DNA of 64,000 bases, taken from assembly GCA_038043465.1 (NCBI GenBank), contig JBBTBX010000006.1:79463-143462 (forward strand), read 5' to 3'. The position numbers were made by a program, and so were the translations under genes. This document shows positions 1-8,254 of this stretch, piece by piece. Origin of the DNA: Pseudomonadota bacterium. Lineage in GTDB: Bacteria > Pseudomonadota > Alphaproteobacteria > Rickettsiales > SXRF01. The notes under the pieces are model-generated. The model searched no databases, had not been told where the DNA came from, and worked only from the letters and a program-made list of their open reading frames with translations. How positions within the stretch are numbered: the stretch's first letter is position 1; each line of letters begins with the position of its first letter.

Positions 1-795
1 GATCTTGCGGATAACTGGTCCTATCAGCGGCATTCTTAGCGACAGAGAATCCACCTTATATGCAAAGGATTCACTGGCACGATAAAATATCATTAATCCA
101 AAAATAAGCAAAACCGGCATGCCTAGAATAACGTACCAATAACTGGCAAATGCGTCAGAAACCGCTATGAGAGCCTTAGTGTGAATAGGTATTTCAAACC
201 CCTGCGATTTGATAAAATCAAGCATCTTGGGAACGGTAAACATCATTAAGGCGGTAATAACTCCTGATAAAACCAGAAGCAGGACAATAGGATAACGCGT
301 TGCTTTTTTAACTTTGCGCTTTAAATTATCTGACCATTTAAGATGCTCGCCAAGATGGATAAATGACATGGAAAGATTACCAGTTTTCTCACCTGCCGAA
401 ATCAACCCGACAAACACATCATTAAACACTCGCGGATACGCTGAAAGTGCTTTTGAAAATAACAGGCCGGTTTTCACCGATTCATAGACACCGGTAAGTA
501 TATCTTTAAGTTTTGCAGATTCCGTGCTGTCCCTTACATCCGCAATGGCATCATGCAGAGGAACGCCTGCTCGATCCAACTGCTCTAAATGCATACACAT
601 GATAATAAGGTCTTTGGTTTTTATCTTGCTGCTCTTCCCCACTCCTTTGCTGCGACTGCGAACTTCACGAGCACTTACCAGATCAAGCCCCAGATCCTTC
701 AGCCTGCTTTCCAGATCCATTTCATTTTCCGCCATTAAAGTGCCGCGGATATTATTACCTCTATCATTTATGGCACTATATTTATATGATGGCAT
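1..795 (-). CDS. Type II secretion / type IV pilus platform protein, GspF/PilC family (3' end lies outside the window)
   Basis: Absent from the ORF track because it runs off the window. My reverse-strand translation from the ATG at 795 gives MPSYKYSAINDRGNNIRGTLMAENEMDLESRLKDLGLDL...GLISAGEKTGNLSMSFIHLGEHLKW, a GspF-type repeat followed by hydrophobic segments. The start lies 8 nt downstream of the PilB-like stop codon. Confidence 0.75.
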   Translation of the reverse strand, partial: MPSYKYSAINDRGNNIRGTLMAENEMDLESRLKDLGLDLVSAREVRSRSKGVGKSSKIKTKDLIIMCMHLEQLDRAGVPLHDAIADVRDSTESAKLKDILTGVYESVKTGLLFSKALSAYPRVFNDVFVGLISAGEKTGNLSMSFIHLGEHLKWSDNLKRKVKKATRYPIVLLLVLSGVITALMMFTVPKMLDFIKSQGFEIPIHTKALIAVSDAFASYWYVILGMPVLLIFGLMIFYRASESFAYKVDSLSLRMPLIGPVIRKI

Positions 796-802
796 AATTA
801 AC

Positions 803-2590
803 CTACAACCTATCTGTGAAATCTATTGTCGCTATCAATTCTGCTATTGTAATTTCGCCAGCTAATACTTTAGATATTCCGTCTTCCTGCATGGTAAGGA
901 AACCTTGCGCCAACGCATGTTCCAAAATTACGCTGCGCGTAGCATGCGTAGATATCAACTCTTCCATCTTGCGATCAATACGCAATATTTCCACAATAGC
1001 AACCCGCCCTTTATAGCCTTTATTCTTGCATTTATCACAACCAACAGCATCATATATATCAGGGGGATTATCAGCATCTACGCCAAGTACCTGACAATCT
1101 TCAGCAGTGGCAGGGCGACGTCTGCGGCAGTGCGTGCATAATTTACGTGCCAGACGCTGGGCAAGAGCACCAATGAGCGAGCCTGCCAGCAGATGCCCCG
1201 GCACTCCTATGTCACCCAATCTTGGAATACAGCCTATAGCATCATTAGTGTGTAGGGTAGTAAACACCTGATGACCGGTAAGGGCAGCGCGAACTGCCAT
1301 AAGTGCCGTATCAGCATCGCGCACTTCGCCCACGAATATAATATCCGGATCCTGGCGCATCAGGGATTTCATACCACCAAGCCAGTCAAGTCCGGCACCC
1401 TCGCGTACACTGCTCTGGCGAATAAGCGGCAATTGATATTCCACCGGATCTTCCAGGGTCATGATATTGGTTTCAATATCATTAATATAGCTCAATATAG
1501 AATATAGCGTGGTGGTTTTACCGCTGCCAGTTGGCCCGGTAACAATAATAATCCCTTCAGGACGCTTGAGTAACTTCTTAAGTACCATGGTATTATGTTC
1601 AGAAAACCCGAGATCCGCCAAGGGAACCAGAGATTTTGCCTTATCCAGCAGACGCATTACTATATTCTCGCCATGAATAGTCGGCTGAGTAGCTACGCGA
1701 AAATCAACTTCACGTCCGAGTACGTTATAGGAAATACGACCATCCTGCGGATTACGCGATTCGGCTATATTCATACCTGACATAATTTTGATGCGAACCA
1801 CCATCGCACTCCAGTAATCACGGTGGAACGAGCGAATCTGCACCATCTGCCCATCAATACGGTAGCGCAGGCGCAGGAACGAACCTTCCGGCTCAAAATG
1901 TATATCCGACGCGCCGAATTTAATTGCATCAACCAATAGCGCATTCACCAGACGCACTGTAGGATTAACATATCCTTCCTGCCTGCCGTCTAATTTATTG
2001 CTATTGTCCCTTATACCGGTTTCAATTTCCTTTAAAATACCATCCACCGATATTTCATAATCATAATACTGGTCAATGAGCTCAAGGATTTCCGAATCCG
2101 TACAATAAACCGGCATAACCTTTGTGGTTTTATGCACGTAACGCCGCACCTGATCAATCGCCAAAACATTGTACACATCGCTCATAGCCAGCTGCAGAGT
2201 ATCTCCATCCAGCCCAACTGCAATAATCTTATAGCGAGTTGCCACTTCTTTAGGTATCAGCCGCACCACATTAGAATCAAGCATGGTGGATTTAGGGTCG
2301 AACTTCTGAGTTCCCGATGACTCAGCCAGAACCTCACCCAGCGCACTTTCTGTAAGGAAGCCCATATCCACAAGGATAGAACCCAGAAGTTTTTTGCTGG
2401 TTTTCTGCTCGGTCAGTACAATTTCCAACTGATCCGGAGATAGAAGACCAAGAGCAATAAGTTTTTCTCCTAAACGCATAGGCTTAGGTGCCGGCGCATG
2501 CTTCTCCAGCCTTACATCAGAAACAGTTCCGACAGCATTTAAATCATCTTTATCCATAGATTCTGGAATAGGAATCTCGTTATTTGACAT
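803..2590 (-). CDS. Type IV pilus / type II secretion assembly ATPase, PilB/GspE family
   Basis: 595-aa ORF. It has a Walker A (GPTGSGKTTTLYS), a T2SSE N-terminal-like LGEKLIALGLLSPDQLEIVL segment, and the C-terminal tetracysteine motif CTHC...CDKC typical of GspE/PilB. Confidence 0.9.
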   Translation of the reverse strand: MSNNEIPIPESMDKDDLNAVGTVSDVRLEKHAPAPKPMRLGEKLIALGLLSPDQLEIVLTEQKTSKKLLGSILVDMGFLTESALGEVLAESSGTQKFDPKSTMLDSNVVRLIPKEVATRYKIIAVGLDGDTLQLAMSDVYNVLAIDQVRRYVHKTTKVMPVYCTDSEILELIDQYYDYEISVDGILKEIETGIRDNSNKLDGRQEGYVNPTVRLVNALLVDAIKFGASDIHFEPEGSFLRLRYRIDGQMVQIRSFHRDYWSAMVVRIKIMSGMNIAESRNPQDGRISYNVLGREVDFRVATQPTIHGENIVMRLLDKAKSLVPLADLGFSEHNTMVLKKLLKRPEGIIIVTGPTGSGKTTTLYSILSYINDIETNIMTLEDPVEYQLPLIRQSSVREGAGLDWLGGMKSLMRQDPDIIFVGEVRDADTALMAVRAALTGHQVFTTLHTNDAIGCIPRLGDIGVPGHLLAGSLIGALAQRLARKLCTHCRRRRPATAEDCQVLGVDADNPPDIYDAVGCDKCKNKGYKGRVAIVEILRIDRKMEELISTHATRSVILEHALAQGFLTMQEDGISKVLAGEITIAELIATIDFTDRL

Positions 2591-2803
2591 ATATATAGCT
2601 GTTCAATCAAAGCATAAAAATTATACAAAAAAATCTCATGTCGAAACACCGTGCAAAATAGCACAACAAATAACTAAATACAAAAGATTGATATTTGATT
2701 AATATTTTCAATAATTAAATAGCTGTAAATAACAAAGCAGCCGAGGTTATTGACAATCTCGGTTTTTTCGCTATCAGTACCTCACCGATACTCATTAGTA
2801 AAA

Positions 2804-2880
<77 letters not shown>

Positions 2881-3103
2881 TAATTTTTGTTAGTTTTAGT
2901 ATTTTTAGACCCTTAGCTCTGAAACAGCACATTCTGCGGGCTTCAGCGGCGTTGTTTTTTATCCATGGGGGCAGAGAGAAGAAAATCGGGAGATTTTATA
3001 GCTCAAATATCCGGTTTTTCTCAAATGCTAAATTCAGCGACCCACACAGGGTCTATTTTAGAGTGGCTTTCAGGATAAAAAATGGGGATGGTACTGGCAG
3101 ACT

Positions 3104-4765
3104 TTAGGCAATCTGCAGCAAGGTCTTTTGCGCTTCCCAATCCATTGGAAGCGGCTGGCGTACCAGTTGACTGACATTGAGATTCCTCGGCTGAGTGCCA
3201 TTCATAATCATTGTTGTGATTTCAGGGGACAGATATTTCAGCCTCATAACATCTCCGGCATAGGTACGCTCGACTCTCTCTTTTTCGGCAATCTCTTTGA
3301 CGGATTTAATTTCACCGGACTCCAGCATCTTGTTCCACTTATAGGAACGGACGATGGCGCGGATCAGTGATTGGTCATGGTTGGTTTTGTTTATGCCGAT
3401 AGCACCGTGATTTGCTGAATATCCAATTTTACGTCCACCATAGCTCCTGAAGGTAATGCTCAGTATCACTTCAATCATGTCCGTTTTATCAAGCACTTCG
3501 ACATGCGCTGATTCTATCGCTGCCTTATCACTAACGCCATAATTTTTACTTCCGGCAATGATTTTCGATAGTTTAACCTTATCAATCATGATGGTGATTT
3601 TGTCCTCAAAAACAACTATTTTATCAACAGCTTCCCGCACAATAGCATCCACTGCTGCATGATATCTCGTGCAGATTTCGGCTTTACTAAGTTGGAGCAC
3701 TTCAAGTTTGATACGGTTTATATCCAGACTGGCAGTGCCATTGGTAATGATAGAATTGAGTTCAGCAATGCCGATCCGTGCCTTGCTGGTCTTGTTTAAA
3801 TAATAGTGATACCGCTTGCTACCGCGCTTGGTGTAAGTGGTAATAAATGGGTTGCCGGAGGCATCAGCCACCTTGCCCTTGAATAAAATTTCATGGTTCT
3901 GATTTTTTGCTGCTGTTCTTAACACAGAGTTATTTTGGAGTTGCGCCTGCACTTGGCTCCATAAGTCCTTATCAATAATAGCTTCATGCTCGCCATCATG
4001 GATGTGTTCCTTATGTCGAATTTTTCCAAGATAGAGGTAATTCGATAAAAGCGTTCTGACGCTTTGTTTTGAATGTTTGGCTGCTCCGCGCACATTACCA
4101 GATTGCGTCACCCAGCTTTTTGGTTTGTACCCATGCTGATGGAGATACTCTTTCAACAAATGTATGGATTTTAGCTCCAGATATTTTTTAAAGATGAATC
4201 TGACTTGTTCAGCTTCTGCAGGGTTAACCAGCAATTTACGATGTTGAACATCATATCCCAGCGGTATTATCCCACCCATCCACATACCTTTCTTTTTAGA
4301 TGCGGCGAATTTATCGCGGATGCGCTCACCTGTAACCTCACGTTCAAACTGCGCGAAGCTAAGCAGGATATTGAGGGTGAGCCTGCCCATGGAGTTAGTG
4401 GTGTTGAATGCTTGCGTGACCGATACGAAGGAAACATTGTTGGCATCAAAAATTTCTACCAGCTTGGAAAAATCCATCAGTGAGCGTGAGAGTCGGTCCA
4501 CCTTATAGACTACTATGACATCCACTTTTTCTTCCTTAATATCATCCAGCAGTCGCTGTAGTGCCGGGCGTTCGATTGTGCCGCCGCTGAAACCACCGTC
4601 ATCATAGCGAGTTGCAACCACCTCCCAGCCCTCATGCATCTGGCTTTGTATATACGCCTCTGCAGCAATGCGCTGTGCATCGAGGCTATTAAATTCCTGG
4701 TCCAGACCCTCCTCATGAGATTTGCGGGTATAAATTGCACAGCGTATTTTAGGAGGTTTTTTCAT
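3104..4765 (-). CDS. Large serine recombinase (resolvase/invertase catalytic domain plus recombinase domain)
   Basis: 553 aa. N-terminus KIRCAIYTRKSHEEGLDQEFNSLDAQR carries the catalytic Ser motif, followed by VVYKVDRLSRS and a long C-terminal recombinase/zinc-ribbon-type extension. Its start overlaps the upstream DUF2924 gene. Confidence 0.9.
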   Translation of the reverse strand: MKKPPKIRCAIYTRKSHEEGLDQEFNSLDAQRIAAEAYIQSQMHEGWEVVATRYDDGGFSGGTIERPALQRLLDDIKEEKVDVIVVYKVDRLSRSLMDFSKLVEIFDANNVSFVSVTQAFNTTNSMGRLTLNILLSFAQFEREVTGERIRDKFAASKKKGMWMGGIIPLGYDVQHRKLLVNPAEAEQVRFIFKKYLELKSIHLLKEYLHQHGYKPKSWVTQSGNVRGAAKHSKQSVRTLLSNYLYLGKIRHKEHIHDGEHEAIIDKDLWSQVQAQLQNNSVLRTAAKNQNHEILFKGKVADASGNPFITTYTKRGSKRYHYYLNKTSKARIGIAELNSIITNGTASLDINRIKLEVLQLSKAEICTRYHAAVDAIVREAVDKIVVFEDKITIMIDKVKLSKIIAGSKNYGVSDKAAIESAHVEVLDKTDMIEVILSITFRSYGGRKIGYSANHGAIGINKTNHDQSLIRAIVRSYKWNKMLESGEIKSVKEIAEKERVERTYAGDVMRLKYLSPEITTMIMNGTQPRNLNVSQLVRQPLPMDWEAQKTLLQIA

Positions 4766-5186
4766 ACGAACCTTTTTGTTTTTTAAGACCGAAGAAAAGT
4801 GGTCCAGACCATCTAGTGCCTGTTATCTCGCAGGCGATCTTGGAAAGACTGCGATAGGGCTTGCCCTTATACTCAAATCCATTTTCACAAACGGTTACGG
4901 CATGCTTAGTATCATTCCATTCCCGCACCAATTTTGTACCGTGGCTTAATGTGAATTTTTCTTGTGATTGCCGCTGCTCGCCGAACGCCATACGGTCGAG
5001 TTTATTTTTAATAGTTTGGCTTAATTGGCCATGGGCCTTTTCCTGAAGCCTGTATGAAATCTCAGCAACCATGAAGTCACGCCGTATTCGTTGTGGCGGG
5101 TGCCTAAAATGCTTCTCCCAAAGTTTCTGCAATTCTACCAGCGGCATGTCCTGCAATGCTGCTAGTTGTTCCTGTATCTTACCCAT
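4749..5186 (-). CDS. DUF2924-family protein (common partner of large serine recombinases)
   Basis: Start trimmed to the ATG at 5186, which is preceded by GGAGG. Motifs seen: LWEKHFRHPPQRIRRDFMVAEISYRLQE and GTKLVREW...GFEYKGKPYRSLSKIACEITGTRWSGPLFFGL. Confidence 0.75.
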   Translation of the reverse strand: MGKIQEQLAALQDMPLVELQKLWEKHFRHPPQRIRRDFMVAEISYRLQEKAHGQLSQTIKNKLDRMAFGEQRQSQEKFTLSHGTKLVREWNDTKHAVTVCENGFEYKGKPYRSLSKIACEITGTRWSGPLFFGLKKQKGSYEKTS

Positions 5187-5238
5187 ATTAACCTCCTGAC
5201 ACAGCAAGCAATGCTTACCGTGTCAGAGAAGTCGAGCA

Positions 5239-5628
5239 TTATAGTTCATTATCTTCATATTCTTCCAGTTCGTGCGCAAAATCCTTAGCAAGCTCTTCAC
5301 GACTGGGAATATAAGGCAGTATAACACTAATCTTGCCGTCGCTGAAACCGTATTTTTCCGCCATATTCTGCATCATTTTTGCTGCTTGTACATTTCCATT
5401 TATGGCGCTTTCGCTCATTTTCATAAGCATCATTTCCATATAATTAGTTGTGACAACTTGACCATTGATGCGTGCTTTTCGATCACCGAAGAAAATCTTT
5501 TCTATCATATCACATATTTGCTCATGCTCTTTCTTAGGTCTCCCCTTAGGATTACCGGATTGCCCCCGTTTAAATTGCGTGCTCTTTGGTGGTTTCCCAT
5601 ACCCTACTTCATAATCATTATTATTCAT
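5239..5628 (-). CDS. DUF5681-like small basic protein
   Basis: Start trimmed to the ATG at 5628 (GGAGG 5 nt upstream; 8-nt overlap with the methyltransferase stop). The motif GYGKPPKSTQFKRGQSGNPKGRPKK matches my memory of DUF5681. Confidence 0.55.
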   Translation of the reverse strand: MNNNDYEVGYGKPPKSTQFKRGQSGNPKGRPKKEHEQICDMIEKIFFGDRKARINGQVVTTNYMEMMLMKMSESAINGNVQAAKMMQNMAEKYGFSDGKISVILPYIPSREELAKDFAHELEEYEDNEL

Positions 5629-6925
5629 ATTTTCCTCCAGCCATTTCATTAAATGTGGCGAATGAGTCAAGGTTAAATGCATCCTTGCCTGTCAAAGCCT
5701 GCCAACGGCGGATAATGACATCGCAATATTTAGGGGCGAGTTCTATACAGCGGGCGATACGTCCTGTCTTTTCAGCAGCAATCAAAGTTGTGCCGGAGCC
5801 CGCAAATGGGTCGAGCACAATATGCCCTCGCTTAGTACAGTCTTTTATGGCATCTGCAACCAACGCCACTGGCTTTACTGTTGGGTGCATTTTTAGATCC
5901 GACTGTCTACCTGCAAAGCTGTTGACTCCTGCATAATCCCATACATTGGTGCGATAACGGCCGTATTTTCCTAGCTCAATATTGTTAATATGCGGGGCAG
6001 TACCATGTTTAAAAACAACGACAAACTCATGCTTGGAGCGATACAAAGCACCCATACCGCCATTGTCTTTATTCCAAACACAAATATTTTTTAGTTCGGC
6101 GAAACATTGCTTTCCTTCCAGGAGCAGCATGTCAATATGCCGCCAGTCCATGCAGATATAGTGCAGAGACCCATCTTGACTAAAAGCGCGGGTCTGTATC
6201 ATAAAGTTTTTCAAGAACTGCCGGAACTCTTGCTCGGTCATTTCACCTGAGGCCATGGCGAATTCATCATGCTTAATCTTGCCATTGCCGCATACATGCC
6301 CCTGAATTGGTACATTATATGGCGGATCGGTAAAAATCATCTGCGCATGTTGGCCACCCAGGAGCTGGTTATAAGTATCAGGTTTTGTTGAATCACCGCA
6401 TATCAGGAGATGTGATCCCAACTGCCAGACATCTCCTGGTTTGGTTATAGTAACTGTGTGATCGAGTTCAGGAATTTCCTCATGTGGTTCCAAGATTTCG
6501 GCCCCATCTATTAGAACATCAATCTCAGACATCTCAAACCCTGTCACTTCAATTTCGAAGTTTGTTTCCAGCGTAAGATACTGCAATTCGATGGCTAGAA
6601 TATCTTTATCCCAGCCTGCGTTTGCGGCAATTTTATTATCCGCTATGATATAGGCCTTTCTTTGGGCATCAGTAAGATGATCAGTGCGTATTACCGGTAT
6701 TGATTTCAAACCCAGCTTCTTCGCAGCTTCAATGCGGCCATGCCCCGCCATAACACCACCACATGAATCAATCAATGCGGGGTTCATAAACCCGAACTCC
6801 TTGATGCTATTGGCAATCTGCTGTATTTGTTTGGGAGAATGAATACGGGCGTTATTATTATAAGGCTTCAATACCTCAATCGGAACGATTTCAACCTTCA
6901 GGTCATACAAAAGTGATTCAGACAT
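5621..6925 (-). CDS. ParB-like nuclease N-terminal domain fused to an N6/N4 DNA methyltransferase
   Basis: Start trimmed to the ATG at 6925. ParB-N motif: LKPYNNNARIHSPKQIQQIANSIKEFGFMNPALID...GHGRIEAAKKLG. Methyltransferase motif IV: FTDPPYN. Motif I: VLDPFAGSGTTLIAAE. Confidence 0.85.
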   Translation of the reverse strand: MSESLLYDLKVEIVPIEVLKPYNNNARIHSPKQIQQIANSIKEFGFMNPALIDSCGGVMAGHGRIEAAKKLGLKSIPVIRTDHLTDAQRKAYIIADNKIAANAGWDKDILAIELQYLTLETNFEIEVTGFEMSEIDVLIDGAEILEPHEEIPELDHTVTITKPGDVWQLGSHLLICGDSTKPDTYNQLLGGQHAQMIFTDPPYNVPIQGHVCGNGKIKHDEFAMASGEMTEQEFRQFLKNFMIQTRAFSQDGSLHYICMDWRHIDMLLLEGKQCFAELKNICVWNKDNGGMGALYRSKHEFVVVFKHGTAPHINNIELGKYGRYRTNVWDYAGVNSFAGRQSDLKMHPTVKPVALVADAIKDCTKRGHIVLDPFAGSGTTLIAAEKTGRIARCIELAPKYCDVIIRRWQALTGKDAFNLDSFATFNEMAGGKYE

Positions 6926-7156
6926 ATAAGTCCTTTCAAAATAGGATAACACTCAAGCGCAACGGGAACCCCATACGACTGGTGTTATCAGGTGAATAAT
7001 TTTTTTTGAAAAGATTAATATGCCTAGCCTATTAATCGCCTCGACCTTGTCGAGTTATAGTCAGCCCTCAGCCGACACATTATTAACTGCCCTTAGCAAT
7101 TGAAGATTAATGTACCATCTTTTGTATGGTATCGCAATAATAATTAATAATTGAGA

Positions 7157-7879
7157 TCATAATTTGTATTTTATTGGATTGGCCGCACCACGCTTACGCA
7201 TACTATCTGGCAATCTTTTACGAAGATATATTTTTGCTATATCAGCGGCAGCCTCGCACCCGATAAAACCCCAGCGCATACCAAGTAGTGCCTCTCTTCC
7301 CATAAAATTTTCCGGAGTTGCCTCTAGCCATTTTTCTGCAATGAACACGCCCACCACTAATCCTTGTTGCATTGCTAACACCAATTCAGCTTGCCGTGCT
7401 TTTTTTGGATCAATCTTCCACGCATACCGGACTGCTTCATAGATACTTTCCTTTTCAGTAGCAGAACGACCGATATTAATCATTAATACTTTATGGTGGA
7501 ATACTATTTCCTCCGCTTGATATCGTTCAATAATCTGCTGGGCATGCATCACGCCACGATCATCGGTATCATGCCCGCTTATCAGATTTGCTGCTTCCGG
7601 GTAAGCATCAATCAGTGCTGACTCTACTTCAAATGCGGTTTGCTCATCTAGTCCATGCCGATGAATTACATGCGCAACATCAAATCCTGAAAGCCTGATT
7701 TCACGAATGCGCTGTAACTTAACGTTTATTGCATTATCGGCTGATTCGCTCTCACCCTTAACATGAGCAAAGACACGATTGCCTAACCCCTTGCCAATAT
7801 AAAAAGTCTGACCATTGCGGGGATCAATCAGTCGATAAACATAGTAGCGAAGATGCTCGGTTATTTCTGAAGTAAACAC
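7157..7879 (-). CDS. GIY-YIG-like domain protein (copy 1 of 2 in the window)
   Basis: 240 aa with a GTG start. N-terminal YYVYRLIDPRNGQTFYIGKGLGNRVFAH fits the GIY-(X10)-YIG spacing. It is about 70 percent identical by eye to ORF 31595..32314. Confidence 0.6.
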   Translation of the reverse strand: MFTSEITEHLRYYVYRLIDPRNGQTFYIGKGLGNRVFAHVKGESESADNAINVKLQRIREIRLSGFDVAHVIHRHGLDEQTAFEVESALIDAYPEAANLISGHDTDDRGVMHAQQIIERYQAEEIVFHHKVLMINIGRSATEKESIYEAVRYAWKIDPKKARQAELVLAMQQGLVVGVFIAEKWLEATPENFMGREALLGMRWGFIGCEAAADIAKIYLRKRLPDSMRKRGAANPIKYKL

Positions 7880-7925
7880 ATCATAATATCCTATTTTGGG
7901 ATAATCCGATAACAGGATTAACTCT

Positions 7926-7960
7926 CTGTGCGCAACTTATCAACTCCTTATTGCGCACAG
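7926..7960. promoter_or_regulatory. Perfect 10-bp inverted repeat (CTGTGCGCAA-N15-TTGCGCACAG), candidate operator
   Basis: Read directly from the sequence. It sits in the 82-bp divergent region between the GIY-YIG-like gene and the XRE-type HTH gene, ending 1 nt before the ATG at 7962. Confidence 0.35.
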
Positions 7961-7961
7961 T

Positions 7962-8192
7962 ATGAAGAAAAGCATTCATTCAGATAAATCGGCTCAATTA
8001 CAGGAGCTACTAATCAAAGCTCGTATTAATTCTGGACTTACTCAAAAGCAGTTAGCTGATAAGCTGGGTAAGCCTCAGTCATTTGTAGCAAAATATGAAG
8101 GCGGAGAACGTAGAATTGATGTAATTGAGTTTATAGAAGTGTGCCAACTGATTGGTGCAAAGGCTCAAGATATTATTAAGAAAATTCTTTGA
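7962..8192 (+). CDS. XRE-family helix-turn-helix transcriptional regulator
   Basis: 76 aa. The segment LIKARINSGLTQKQLADKLGKPQSFVAKYEGGERRIDVIEF is a classic Cro/C1-type HTH. Confidence 0.8.
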   Translation: MKKSIHSDKSAQLQELLIKARINSGLTQKQLADKLGKPQSFVAKYEGGERRIDVIEFIEVCQLIGAKAQDIIKKIL

Positions 8193-8254
8193 ATAGAGCA
8201 AATCAGCGCGGAATTCGCTACTTCACCTGGCACGGCGGCGAGGGAAATACAAAG

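Noticed and set aside
524-1016. Plus-strand track ORFs 524..865, 816..1016 and 905..1141
   Set aside because: They lie antisense to, and fully inside, the GspF/PilC-like and PilB-like genes. Their Ser/Arg/Leu-rich sequences are low-complexity and have no RBS. I treat them as shadow ORFs.
2741-2777. Hairpin plus T-run (CCGAG-N13-CTCGG-TTTTTT) and a TTGACA hexamer upstream of the tRNA, as a terminator or promoter
   Set aside because: The stem is only 5 bp. No plus-strand gene lies upstream to be terminated. The -10 candidate 17 nt after TTGACA (TATCAG) is poor. This is too weak to annotate.
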